DNA from: Azolla caroliniana
Lineage: Eukaryota > Plantae > Polypodiophyta
NCBI GenBank assembly: GCA_043228905.1
Contig: JBHGNT010000001.1
Coordinates: 23,126,001-23,190,000, forward strand
DNA: 64,000 nucleotides
Reading direction: 5' to 3'
A model generated the notes under the pieces. It worked only from the letters and a program-made list of their open reading frames with translations, searched no databases and was not told where the DNA came from. The stretch's first letter is position 1. Each line of letters begins with the position of its first letter. Positions 22,988-36,482 of this stretch are shown here, piece after piece. The position numbers and the translations under genes are program-made.

Positions 22988-25224
22988 GTCTGCTACTGAG
23001 AGGGGAGTAAGGACGGATTTGTGAGACCACAGCAAACCAAATGATTCTTCTTCTTCTTCTTCTTCTTATTCTTCTTCTTGTGTATGAGGAGGAGGTTGGT
23101 GGAAGAAAAAGAAAGGCTGCTATTTTTAAACTCTCCTCTTATACCCCAAATTTATTTGTTTTTATGTTACTTTTTTTAAATTCAGAACAGGAATATACAA
23201 TTGCAGAGGTCATGAAACAAACTGTTGATGTATTTATGTATTCAATTACCTCCGCGATCCATCCAATATACTGAAAACTACAGGACTTACCAATCAAAAA
23301 CCTACGATCATCGGCTCAATCCGATCACCCCCCAAGTGAACTGGCTTTCATTCGATTCTTAATCATTATATTTCGGTTCAATTAGTCGTGGAAATTTATG
23401 TACCCCTCCTAATTGTAGGCGCAATCGATTGCCTCCGAGATTAACAAAAAGGAAAGTTTTAAACATAACCAATGTCTTGTAATGATATTAGTTTATTCTT
23501 ATTTAATGTTCCATATGGAAGTGATTAACACCGACATCATGCACAAACGCCCATGATAATTGAACACCTGGGTATAGTTTGTTTTTAAGTGTTAGAATGC
23601 TAGAGTTTATGTGGAAGGTGTGTGCACGATTGAGTGCAAGTTCATGTCCTTATCATTGTTCTTTTCTAGCGTTTATCGGTTGTTTCTTTAAGAACAGAAA
23701 ATTGGAGAGTTTTGAGAGTTTTTTGTGATATACACTGCACATGGAATTGGATACATTTAACATAAGTCTACTTTGAGGTTCTATATTTAACATAAGACAT
23801 TATGCCAATTGTGAAAGTGGGGTCACATAGCAAACTACCAGCAATGTTGCGGATTTTAGTGATTTATTGTTCTCTGCCTTTCGCCTAAATGTGCCTTTTG
23901 GTCTACATTAGTATTTCTTCAAAACAATTCACCACAACTATGAGTCTCCATAGATCTCACCAACAAAGAATAATGAATTTGCAACAAAAAATTTTCTCCA
24001 CAATAAGCGACTATCTTTTTTCCAAATTAACTACAACATATCTAGAATGAATTTGTAGCAAATCAAAGCAAAAGTTAATTATACCACAAACTTTTATCAA
24101 TAATCTATTTCAACCATCAATTGATATATACAAAATATAGCAGTAATATCATTAATATCATTAATCAAGATGTTCTTCTTACTATCTACGATATACATAT
24201 TTTGGAGAATGATGGACATGACCTTCAAAACAAAAATTAGGGAACTTTTATTCAAAACCTTTAATTAAGGTTGTGAATAAGATAACTAGAAAGCTATTAG
24301 GCATCCTTGCCTTGCGTTTTCTAATCTTGGATGATACCCCAGTCCTCATGTTCCCCATTCTGCAATTTCTAAACTTGGATCGTTTGCTTGTCAATAACAT
24401 CGATAATTAGAGTGCTTACTCAATATACAAGTCATGCATACTCAAGATTAATAACAAACTATTAGCTAAAAGAAAGAAAAGTTGAAAACTAGTTTTGAAA
24501 AGCCAAGAATTATCCGTACTTTAGGCTCAGAAAATAGCTGTGCTCATGTCATTAAAAGTAGCTTAGACATTTATTTTTTTACATAAAGCATTTCTACTCG
24601 AAGTGACTTTGATGTCGCTTATAAATGGATATAAAAAAGAAATTATGTTCCTCTATTTTAATTTTCCCACCTGATTGTTATCAAACATAAATTCTTCTTC
24701 ACCTCACCCCATAAACTTCATACAAAAGTTCATCAGTATCTTTTTTAATAACATATATATAAATGCTCATTATTCATCTCTAATGATCCTATATATTTGG
24801 GTCACGTATGGTTAGATGATATTTCTGGCATCATATACATAGTTAAAACTACACTTCAGAAAACAATGAAATAAAACGAGATAATGATGCATTGTTTATA
24901 TTAGTATACAAATACTAGATATACACTTTTGAGAGACCATGCACTCTGCCAGTTACCTCTGAAGTTCATCCATATTCAACTAGTGGCCTTACTTAACTAG
25001 ACTGCAAGGACTCCAACCATCACACTCTAAAAAGACATTGTATGACCTTCAAAATGATGCACATCCTGCCACAATCTATATATAATAGTGATCACATATA
25101 AGCAATACCTTCCTTCAATCAGCATTTACAATGAGCATCCAGATCAAACAATATCAACAACATTTTATCCCATCCTTTAAGAGACGTGCTTAACTCAATA
25201 GAGGCATGACTTCAGTTACCATTT

Positions 25225-28200
25225 CTATTGAAATGAATTTGGAGGATTCTCTGACACTCTATTTGACATGCTGAAATCAGACTTCTCAAACGGTTTTATG
25301 GGCCTTGATCTGGATCCAAAGCTGTTCCCAAGTTGCTCGAAGGACACTTCAGAACGATTATCAATTTCTTCCCTTTCAGTATTCAGCATTGACGGCTCGA
25401 GCTCAGGAGTTTTAAATTCTAGTTCCTACCATAAAAAGAATAGGCAAGCATCAAAAAAAAATGAAGCCCATTGGAAAAGACTCAATGATTCCTCAAGAGG
25501 AAAGAGTCGCAGAATCAGAACTCCAAATTCAAGATTCACGAGTTCAAGAATCAAGATGTCAAGAGACAAGTCTCACTAATCAAGGTAACGAGTGAAGAAT
25601 CAAGCATCAAAACTCCAAACATTCAAGATTTAAGAATCATGAATGAAGAGTAGAGGGTTAAGAAAATTATATTCAAGATTCAAAACTCCTTAATTTTAAG
25701 AGTCAGAGGTCCAGATTCAAGATTTTAGTGGCCAAGACTTAGCCAACAGATGCAAAGAAAAGGGTACAGTACCTTATCCGAAGCATCCAACATTTTCTTC
25801 CGCAATGCTTCGTGTTCGGCTCGTACACGGGATGGTACGCCTCTTGTTTGATACACATTCTTCTCAGCAGCAGCTTCATCAAAATCATTCTTGGCAGTGG
25901 CGAAGGGGTGATTTGGAGGTATCCATCTGACAGTATCAGGATCAATGCCCTCTGCAAGAGGCTCTCCTTCGACAAGAAATACAGTGGGTCTCTTCCATTG
26001 GTAAGCTTGTACTCTGCGATTTTGATGACTCTGCATCTTTTCATGGGTCAATGTCACTGGCTGTAGTCTAAATGACTTTCCATACATTTTCACATCTTTC
26101 TCACCAACTCTAACCATCGGATTATTGAATGGATCCTCATACTTTAGAGGCCTTGAACTGTTCAAATTAACAGAAATCAGATACGAAAGAAAATGTGCAT
26201 GGCAACTACGATTATATGATAAAAAACAAGTCATTAAATACTAGAAAAACAATGAAAAGCATTGATTAAAAGAACTTACTCGGATCTTCTATCTGATCTC
26301 AATTGACCTCTTCTGACAAGTTCTTCAACAGAGCCACTTGCTCGATCCTTAGACTTTATGAGCTTGGCAAGGAGTGCCACACCAAGCATTGTTAAGCCAA
26401 CTATGGAAAGCAGCCCTTTGTTTTCATTGAGGTTTCCATACACCTAAAAGGAAACAATCTCTCTCTCCCTCCCTCCCAAATGGCTCCCTCTTCCTCTGTC
26501 TCTCCCTCTCCTTCTCCCTATCGCAATGGAATGTTCTGAAGGATATAATTGGGAGTTAACTTCTCCATTCTATCAAATTATGCTACAAGAAACAGATGCT
26601 TGTTCAATAGAGGTGTTAGCATCGAAAAGAGTGTAGAAGTAGATTACTGAACTCATGAATATGCCAGATCAAAATTACCACAACTTGCACGTATGTAGGA
26701 CACAGCGTACAAAGACCAATAAGAACAAATTCCTATAATCTGATCAGTTGCTAGATATCAAGAAATGATTATTTTATTTAACCACTCATTTGATGCTATG
26801 AAGTATGCAATCATCAAAGAAAGGTTAATGGAAACATTGAGAAAGAAAAAGCAAGTGTTAGAAATGAACTGGAATCTTACAATGAAAACATCAGCCCTAA
26901 TGTTTTACCCACAACAAGGCAAGAAAGCCAGAATATATCCAACATCTTACCCCCATGAGCCTTCTTTCAGTGAGAACCCTTACATTTTATTAAACTTGCC
27001 CGTATAGTTAAGTATTAAGGTAGCATTACAGCATTAATAAAACAGCAGGTACGAAGGCATGCAAGGTATGCAATGAAGACTTAGTAGAGGAAAAATATCA
27101 TTTACTTTACATATGTTCAGCATATAATGTGATTCTCAAAAATTATGAAGACTTGCTAAGTTGGCATAATAATTTAGGTGCCATATTCAAAGCACAGCAC
27201 TACCTAGAAGGTTGGGCACATAGGTGTTCACATTATTTTCTCATAGAAATTTTTCATGAAAAAGTAACAATCCCCATTCCTAGGAAGAGGGCACATACAA
27301 GATATATATTATGATCCCATGGGTCAAAATGTGAACTCTCTCTCTAGGCTACAAGTGAGCTCCCCACCAAGACATTGTAAAGGGGTTATGATAGATTGGG
27401 GATAGAAATTTGTCGTGCACATACATCCCAGCCTTGTGAATCACAATCTGACCACCCTGGTCATTGATAGATAAAGGCCATGATCTCCCATCATTGCAAG
27501 TGCTTCCGTCGCTTCAGAGATCTCTCTATTCTGAATGGACCCATGCTAGAGATTGTTCAAAGACAGAAATTATAATCTATCCAACTTGAGAAACTTACAC
27601 ATATAGATAATAGGATTCTTTAGTCACTTTTATTTTTATTTACCAGTTATTTGGTTACATTAATTTTGGTTTGTTATCAAAGAGGAGACAACCATTCAAG
27701 ATGTAATCTCTTGTTTGGTCTTATAGGTCATTTTGGCTTCTTAAAAGACGTTTATATATATTTCTTTCTTTCTAAATTCTTTTGACTCATGGACTTCTAT
27801 CGGCAGATATATTCAAGATAGTCTATATAGAGATATGTAGATTTAGAGATGTTTGGGGCTGTTTTTACTTGCAAGGCTAATACAAAGGTACTTTACCCAT
27901 GTCGTTTACTACAAAGAACATTCATGTCATACAATCTCCATTAGAGAGTTCATGGGCAGATCCACTCACATTGTGACTCTCATAGGAAACACCATAGTAT
28001 CATTGAAACACCTTGTCACCCTTCGAATATTATTGCAAGAAAGCTGCTTGAGAGATACGGGTTTATACTGTTGCTTCGTAGACTTTAAGAAATCTTTTGA
28101 TCTAGTACCTGGTGAGCATCTTTGGAGACACATGTCAAAACTTGAGCTACCAAGTGAATACATGCTTGTAATTTCTCGAACCTATAAGAAAGCTATATGT

Positions 28201-31200
28201 TGTGTGCATATGGGCAATGGAATTTCAGAGTTTTTCAATAGCACTAGTGGTGTTACGTAAGGATGCCCACTCTCACCAACTTCATTTGCTCTATGCATTG
28301 ATGAATTAGAACAAATTCTTACGAAGTTTGTAAACGAAGAAAGCATTGAAGAAGTTGCCATCGGGAATGTAATCATGTTTTTGATGTACACAAATGATCT
28401 GGCTCTTTTTGCAAATACTTTTAAGCGATGCAAAAAAACTTATGAGGCCATTGGAACAAGTTTTGCACACATACTAAGTTGAGTCAATAGCTCTAAAACG
28501 GAGATTATGCTTATGAAGAGACAAAATAATGATAAATCATGCATTATATACAATGATGAGCATCACTTGAAAATATGGAAAGCTTTACATACCTTGGCCT
28601 TGAAGTTCCCTCCAATGTAGATGGAATGAATGTGCTATCCACATCTTAGAGGTGGGAAAGAGAGCATATTATACATTTGAGAACATATGAAACCTTTTTG
28701 CAATGCCGACGTGTCATGAAATGGACAAATGTGGAGGCTCTACATATGTTGCGCCTAACTGAAAAACCATATTCTTCATTGAACAAGGATACCGCACATA
28801 TTGATACATGTTAAATGCCATCATGCTGTCCACCATAAGAACCATCACATCTATACTTCACATTTGCTTTGATGTGAGACAGCACATTGGGGCACAAGTG
28901 ATGAGACTAGTGGATTGTGCACATGTTTCCTTAAACAAATTCAAGAGTTTGAATATCACATTTTGATACTATGCTCGGCCTTTGATCACATTTGACTATG
29001 CTTTCCACAAATCTTTGACATATTCCAATGTTTTCACAAATTTCTCTTAGCCACAATGTGCACTCTCCATTACGACATGTGTTTACGGAAGTTCTTGAAC
29101 GACAAGAGTCACTACTCACTTTCACATGTATTACATGAAAATGTTATATTCCTTGTCTCATTGATCATATTTGACCTCCAAAGTCAATAATAAAATCTCT
29201 ATATATCTCTCTCTCCATAAAAAGTGAAGTCTTCTTAACAAATAAGAAATCATGAGCCATGGAACCACCACACATATGAAGATGCTTTCCTAGATTTATC
29301 ACAAAACCCACAGCATAAAGGGACCAAACTGAGTGATGTATATGAAGTGTGGACATCGTATTCCTAATAGAGACATGGGAACATGATAGCTACATATATC
29401 ATCTCAAGATGGTTGTGAAACCAATTTGCTATAGATATTGTGCAACATGGACAAGAGGGCATTGCATGTCTTTACTGTAAAGAACTCAAAGAGAGAATAG
29501 ACTTACATTTTGATAAAGGCAGTATATAATATGCAAAATCTCTATGTTGCAAGTTTCTATATTCTGCACAAGTAATCCAACCTTTAAGAAAGCAAGCGCT
29601 AGATAAAATTGAGCTTTCACTGATTATGCAATAACGTTTGGGTACAACGGAATGGTGATTATCATGGGAGGCCTTAGTGCACAAATAGAAGACACACAAC
29701 TCAGCAATCGTATCTCTTCCTTAGAAGAAGTTCCCATAACACCCCCATTCAAAATTCATGGAGCTCAACCCACGAGCATCTCCCTCATTGACCTAGACTA
29801 CAAGCCAATGTATACACAAGTTGGGAGCTTATATGAGACACTAAAAAATATAGCGGAGAAATGAAGAAAAGACTTGACTTTTAAATTATGCCATGGAAAG
29901 TACACAAGATACGTTGATTGCCTTGAATGCTCACTCAAATAAGTGGATGTCCATATCGACTTCCTCAAAAATGGAAGACGAGGTCACAACTTGTTTTAGG
30001 AATCACGAAAAGCGCCAAGCATAAGCTCATAAAATTCCCATGTAATAATTGATATTATAAAGAACACAAAGAATCTTATCAACAACTACAAAAACAAGTT
30101 GAGGCCGCCCCATGAAATCATAGGGAATGTATAACAGTCTATTGATAAGGAAGCACAAACACAATGAAAATTGGGAATAAATTGGATCAACCCCATCCAC
30201 AAGGGTGGAAATAAGAATGAGCTTTCTAACTGTGTATTGCATTATCATAGTAATGTTTGCAAAATTGTACAGCACAATCATGGAGAAGAGAATTAATAAG
30301 TGGGAAAAGTAACACAACAAAAGCGCTATTGGCTAAGACAGTTTCAGACCAAAACATTCAAAGGATAAACCTGTTACCCTCTGGGTCATAATGGGATCAT
30401 TTCAACTCTACCTGTTAGTTTTTGACCCTCCCCAATCATGATACCCATAAATGGTATGAATAGCCACATTGTAGAGAATAAGGAAATAACAAGTTCAATA
30501 TTTCATAACATACAAGCCATCTCTATGGGCAAGGTTAGTGCATGATGTTTTCAACCATGTTTAGCTAAATCCACAAGATCAATGGATTGAGCATGTGCCT
30601 TTATCTTCCAACTTTCAAGAAGCATCATATGTTTCAAAGTTTTGAGGAAGAACATGTTTCCAGACTGGACGGGAGGATCTGTATACATGGTTAAGAATAT
30701 TTGAGTTGATAAATACTAGGCTTCCTTTGAAACACAAAATGATCAACTTCTCCTTCTAACTCTAAATGAACATTTTATATAAATTATTTGCAACCTTGAG
30801 TCTTTCTTTGAGTTCCATTTTTGCAAACTTAGTAAAATATTGGGCTAGCCCAAAAAAGGTCAACTTTTCCTACTTCTTCAAACAAGATAGATAGATAGAT
30901 TAATAGCATCATATAAGTAGTTCTTAATCTTGCCAACTTTTTCAAGTTCCTAGCAACCTTTGATCAATATATTTGTCTTCAGATATAAGTAGTTCTTAAT
31001 CTTGCCAACTTTTTCAAGTTCCTAGCAACCTTTGATCAATATATTTGTCTTCAGAATGATTTACTTATTCTAAATCATCTATACGTGCTAAATTATACAT
31101 ATAATTATATATATCTCTCTATACATGTGTTTGCGTGTATATATGTATATATCATGAATAACATTACATGTATATATATACACATATGTATCCTATTTAC

Positions 31201-31648
31201 AAGTGTTTGCAACTTCTCAAGGCCAAAATGATGAAATATTTCGTGCTAACTATACTAGTATCTAATTTATACATAAAAAACATGACATGTATAGTATTTG
31301 CCACAATTTTTGCATACTTTGAGAAGTAACAGGAAATGATGAGTTTCAAGAACCTCCCTCAAAATGAGACAAAAACAATGAATGAATGCTGAGCATATGA
31401 TGTTTATTGCTAACCTTTTCAATGTGAGGAAAGGAGACATCCGCTGAGAGTGCTTTGAAATCCTTGGAAAGAAGAGGAAACTTGTGTTTCCCGTTATCCT
31501 TGGAAACAGAAGCAAAGATTCGAGAGAAGGTGGAAGGTGGAGCTTTCCATAGCCAGACATGTCTGTGAGGAACAAAGCTGAGCCTTTCCTTGTCTCTTTC
31601 GATCATGTGAGGAAACGGAGTGTCGAGGCTTCTCTGCATCGTTCCCAT
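25225..31648 (-). CDS. MCD1: MULTIPLE CHLOROPLAST DIVISION SITE 1 homologue (about 327 aa)
   Basis: Exons 26280-26443 (TM helix, GSVEELVRRGQLRSDRR), 25773-26157 (YEDPFNNP, AYQWKRPTVFL, DPDTVRWIPPNHPFAT, RVRAEHEAL), 25225-25425 (TAG stop). Probable first exon 31415-31648 is transit-peptide-like with a phase-0 GT donor compatible with the next exon; this exon is less certain. Confidence 0.85.
27400..27772 (+). mobile_element. 3' fragment of LINE family B with (TTTC)n tail, in MCD1 intron 1
   Basis: 27685-27772 matches the reverse complement of 55217-55300 (CAAGATGTAATCTCTT..TTGGTCTTATAGG..CTTAAAAGACGTT..TTTCTTTC). Left boundary approximate. Confidence 0.7.
27850..29215 (+). mobile_element. 5'-truncated, decayed LINE family A (RT to 3' tail), in MCD1 intron 1
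   Basis: YCCFVDFKKSFD, GV.*GCPLSPT, LMYTNDL (RT motifs); 3' end similar to 14657-14965. Confidence 0.8.
30911..31055. repeat. Tandem duplication, 2 x 72 bp
   Basis: ATATAAGTAGTTCTTAATCTTGCC...GTCTTCAGA at 30911 and 30983. Confidence 0.9.
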
Positions 31649-32429
31649 GTACGCAAAGATATGTATATATATACATATATGTATGTATATATATATATAT
31701 ACAATAAAAAAGAACAGAGCATCGGCGTTATATACTTCACCTTCACAACGATTTTATACTTTATATGTATTTAGATTACATGCATATATCATATATGTAT
31801 GTATGTACATTGTACATACATGATATGAGGGGCACCAAGAGGTCCCAATGAAATGAAAGCCTATTATTTCAATAGCACTTCAGCCTTCAGGGACTGATGG
31901 TATGTACGGATCGACACAAGCAACATGATTGGCGGTTTTGGCATGATCATCGCAAGGACTATATGATCATCACTACCAAGAGAAACATGACCACGTAGAA
32001 TCGATTATTCCCCAATCCACGACTTCAAACACCAATCTCTCCACCACATGATGTTTTTCAACCATCCCTAAGGATTGTTGTGGAAGGTGGAAGGTGGAAC
32101 CTACATCCATAAGAACTAGAATGATTGGCCCACGTCTACAGGTGTGGTGTTTCTCTTGCCAACTACTAGGCCATTTCAACAGCCAATTGCCATTGTGATA
32201 AACACATACCAGTCGTAAGGGTCTAGTGTTGTCATGATACATGCGTGTTGATTGTAATCATCAAGGTTGTAAACCATGCATGAATGAGCATTAGATCAAA
32301 CAAGATTTTTGCGCATTGATAGCAACCACTTGCAAATAAGGCATCCATAATCTTCAAACAACAAATATGTTGAGAATCAAAGTCAACTTCCCTAATGTAG
32401 GAACACACCGTAGGAATACCCAAGTGTGT

Positions 32430-33709
32430 GAACATCCCACCTCCTTGTATTATAAACTAAGTGTCATAGAAGTTAAATCCTATGGCACATATTTAGTTGG
32501 TAGTTAAGTCTCCACCTCCTTTTCAAGCGGTGGTTGTAGTGAGAGAACATAGAGAGAAGGTGACTACATAAGGACCCTCTCCTCCTCTTTGTAACTGTTG
32601 GTTCAGATTGCTCCTTGTGAATACATTTTTCTTGTTTTTTGTATACCTTGTGTTCTTCCTCTTTCTCTCTCTCTAACGCACACACATAGATTACTTCCGT
32701 TGCACAAAAATCATGTCCAATTCTTTACATGGTATCAGAGCGCGTGGTAGCGTGATCCAAGCCCGTCCGTGTGTGGTGTGCCTAAACCAACATCACGAAG
32801 AACTAGTCGATCGTTGTAGTAGCAACCTGCACAATTCGTATCATAGAGAAGAAGAAGAAAACTCGATCCAAACAAATTGATTATCATGAATATTTAGATG
32901 GGAAGCACTCTTCCTACCGAGAAACTCGACAAAAACAATTTCACATCTTGGGAATACAAGATGCGCCAATACCTTGTTGGCCAAGGCTATTGGGGCTACA
33001 TCAAAGGAGCTTAGGAAAATCAACCCAACCTGGCACATAACGACCACCAAGCTTGGGAGCAAGCGGCAAGTTGCGTGTTGTACTGCCTTGAATCATGCGT
33101 TCATGATCACATCCTCGGCTACATCCGAGAGGCCAAAGCGTTGACGGAGGCATGGGGGAACCTCAAAAAGATATTTGCGGCAAATACAACCGCACGAAAC
33201 TTCAACTCCGTCAAGAGTTGAACAACATTCAATAGAGGGACATGACAATCGGCAACTACACCTTGAAGATCAAGGAGTTGTGTGACTCTCTCAAGTCGAG
33301 CAATGTCAACATTGACGACGATGAAATGGTGCAGAGATGCCTCGGCGGCCTAGTACCCCGGTTTGGTGCAATAAGGTCGGTTGTCCTCGCAAGGGAGAAT
33401 CCTCCCACCTTCTTCGATCTCCAGTCAATACTACTAGTCGAAGAAAATCACATCCGAACGAGGAGCAATGTCCAAGAAGGACACATGCTCTACTCGAACT
33501 CGGATGGAGGAAGGGGACAAAGTCGTGGAAGAAAAGGTTGATTCGGCCAAGGTCGTCACAACCAAGAACAACCCCGCAAACAAAATTTCTACTACTGGCA
33601 AGACGTTGCAAACATGCGAGGTGGAATGTCTAGAAGGAGGGGGAGCAATCATGCCGAACCCAACTGACAAAGCAACTTTGTCCAATGTGGATATTGTGGC
33701 AAATTCAAC
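32430..33709 (+). mobile_element. Ty1/Copia element C2: LTR end, tRNA-iMet PBS (32730-32741) and gag
   Basis: ...TTTACA TGGTATCAGAGC. Gag EKLDKNNFTSWEYKMRQYL, IKELCDSL..DDDEMVQRCLGGL, ending in half a zinc knuckle (CGYCGKFN). LTR start is approximate. Confidence 0.88.
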
Positions 33710-34119
33710 GGAACTTGAAAAATCTTGTCGAAAGAAGTAGATTAGACAATCGTGGGTTGGCTGGACTGCGATGCTAGTAGGCCTCGGGGTGGAAATAGTA
33801 TCGTAAGGTATTGTTGGATGATCGGCCTGAGCTTTTTGCCTGCTTGGTACACATGCAAGCCTTCCCTTAACGTTGGCCCTGTGATGACCCCCAGTCGACG
33901 ACACGCCCTTCAAAGGTATTAATAATGATGCCCGCTTTCTGCTTAGGCATCCCATATGCGTTGACATGTACACAGCTGACTTCTAGCAGGAACTTGGCAA
34001 CTTCACGAAAGAAGGGATCCAGAATCTGTTTTGTTCTATAGGCCTTGGCGGAGGAGGAATATGGCCCAAAATACCGCTGCAGCGCCTCTGCAGGAGGTAT
34101 TTTGAAATGTCTTTCACCT

Positions 34120-34889
34120 AGTGTATTACATCCAGGATCCCTTTGCTCACGTTCCTCTCTTTCGGGATGGTTGACGATGTTGTTCGCCGAATTGGCAAGC
34201 TTCGTATACACATGTAATATCCTTCTCGATAAAGGTTGGGAGTTCAACAACGACTCCTTTCGACTGCATTCCTTTGAGCTTCTGGAGATTAACGTGGCTG
34301 ATTCTTTTGTGTCATAGCTCTATGTCGGCATCAGATTTATGGCCCTTGGCAAACATTGCTTATTTCATCTCGTGAGAATCAAGGATGAACATTCAGGGGC
34401 TCTCTTCATCTGCGAGTGATAATTCAACCTTCCTTTTTGATGAAGCATCCTTCGTCATTGAACCAAACTTACATGCCTTGTTCCACAATCTGGCCGACCG
34501 AGACCATATTCTTCGTTATTGTTGGAACATGCAAGTCTTTCTTGATGTAGGTTTGGTTGCCCTCTTCACTGAATGCGACATTACCGACATGCTAAATGAG
34601 GTGAATTGTGTCATCCCATGTTTCCACATAGCCGGGTCATTCATGCTTTCGAAGTTCTCGAAACCAATCTTCATGAGACGTCATGTGATTGGATACACCC
34701 GAGTTGACAAACCATACATTTTCTGAACTGAAGGTGTTGGTCGGGCACAATGCCGTCATCAAATTTGCTCTATGACGCATCATGAACATTTCATCACGAT
34801 CGTCGTAGTCGGAATTTGAGGTGTAGTTAGTAAGTTGTTAGCTTGTGAAGGCCAACTCACTCTTCTTCTTCCGACACTCTGCCTTGTAG
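34120..34889 (-). mobile_element. Inverted continuation of Copia C2 (rest of knuckle, protease, pre-integrase, integrase start)
   Basis: Minus strand YKAECRKKK, VWFVNSGVSNHMT, L*HKRISHVN..EACQFGEQHR, KGILDVIH. Confidence 0.8.
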
Positions 34890-34914
34890 GAGAAGACCTC
34901 ACTCTTCTTCTCTA

Positions 34915-35392
34915 TCAAGTATTCTGGACCGAAAGGATTCGAAGTTTGTACGAGCTTTAGAAAGAAAGTATTTAAGATAGATTAAAAGAGAGAGATATTG
35001 AGATAAGATAGAACGCTTGCCTTTAGATTGAGAGAGATTGAAATGGAGAGAGAGATTAAGATTGAAACCTTGACTTTAGATTTGAGGAACAAGATATATC
35101 ATCAATTGGATAACGAATTTTCTTATTAAATTCTTGATTAATACATCGCCCATTTTTCTTCTTCATCCACTCTTTTATAGATGCCCCCATGCATATAATG
35201 CATGTGAGGGTGCAAGACATGCATGAGATGCATGTTTGCCATTTGGCACTCATGCATTACATGTGTTGCATGATAACCATGTCACTCATTCAAGCTCTCA
35301 TATATAACAATTTATATGTGAAAGTATAATGATAAAAATATAACTTAAAGAATGACTCGGCTTTTTCGTTTCACACCGAAATCTTCAAGACA
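34915..35392 (-). repeat. Gypsy LTR remnant related to the G1/G2/G4 LTRs
   Basis: Starts TGTCTTGAAGA on the minus strand. Shares the CATGCATTACATGTG..GCATGATA.CCAT..TCATT block with 42600-42720 and TTCTGGAC..AAGGATT with the U5 of the 44393-45672 LTR. Confidence 0.65.
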
Positions 35393-36482
35393 CCGTGCTT
35401 CACGATCAACCTATCCGACCGACCCATCTATCCGGTCCATCCCGTCCGCATTCGACCCGGTGATCTGGTCTAGTGATCCAATCCGGTTCCATCGTCGTTC
35501 GGTCCCAGTCCCGATTCCATCGTCGTCCGGTCCGGTTCCATCTGGATCCGTCCAAAACACTATTTGAATAACTTGGCCACATCCATTCGTCGAAGTTATA
35601 TAACCCAACCTTTTTGTGCTCCTAACACATAGATAAAATATAAAGAGATATGGCTCTACTTATATACTCTTGAATCTTGATGTTGTCCTATCTATGTGGG
35701 ATATCTCACAGTTTTGTTTTCCTCTTCTTATTCTCAAACTTCACACTCACATAACTTGACACTAAGTTGTCCATTTCACATGTAGTAAAATGCATTCAAA
35801 AGCTCTTGAAGACATCCATCTTTTCGTACCAAGATATTAAACTAATATAAAATAATATCGTCGCTATTAATGTGTGAAGAACCACTCTCGATTTTGTACA
35901 TTCCTCGCAATTTTCACACCATGGCAGAAAATCTTCACAACAACACGCAATATTCTTCGACAGAAAAAGGTGATCCTATCAAAATAGGATATTCATCCAC
36001 CAAAAATGGTGAGTTTTGGCTCATTCTCTCAAACTCCGAAGATCTTGTCAAACAATTTACTATTGTTCAAATGAGGTGCTCTTGTACAATATAAGAGAGC
36101 ATATAACAAATGACTGAAGCTAAACACGTACCTATAAATATAAAAATATAATTAAAAAAAATGCACATTATATATAAAAATATTTACATTATAACTATGT
36201 GTAACTAACTAACTATGTAACTAACTACCTATATAACTAACTGAGGTCAAGTTTTAACTAACCTCACCTAATTTTTTGTGCCCTATATATAGCCGTGCTT
36301 TTTATTTTTTCCCCACAAAGCGTGAGAGAGAACACGAGACAACCCAATGAGCGAGAGAGGAGAGTGCACAACCAACGAGTGTGACAATCCACGAGCGTCA
36401 CCAACGAGCGAGAGAGGAGAGCATCACGGTCGTAGCAACCACCACCATAGAGACAATAGAAGACAACAAACACTTCACGACC

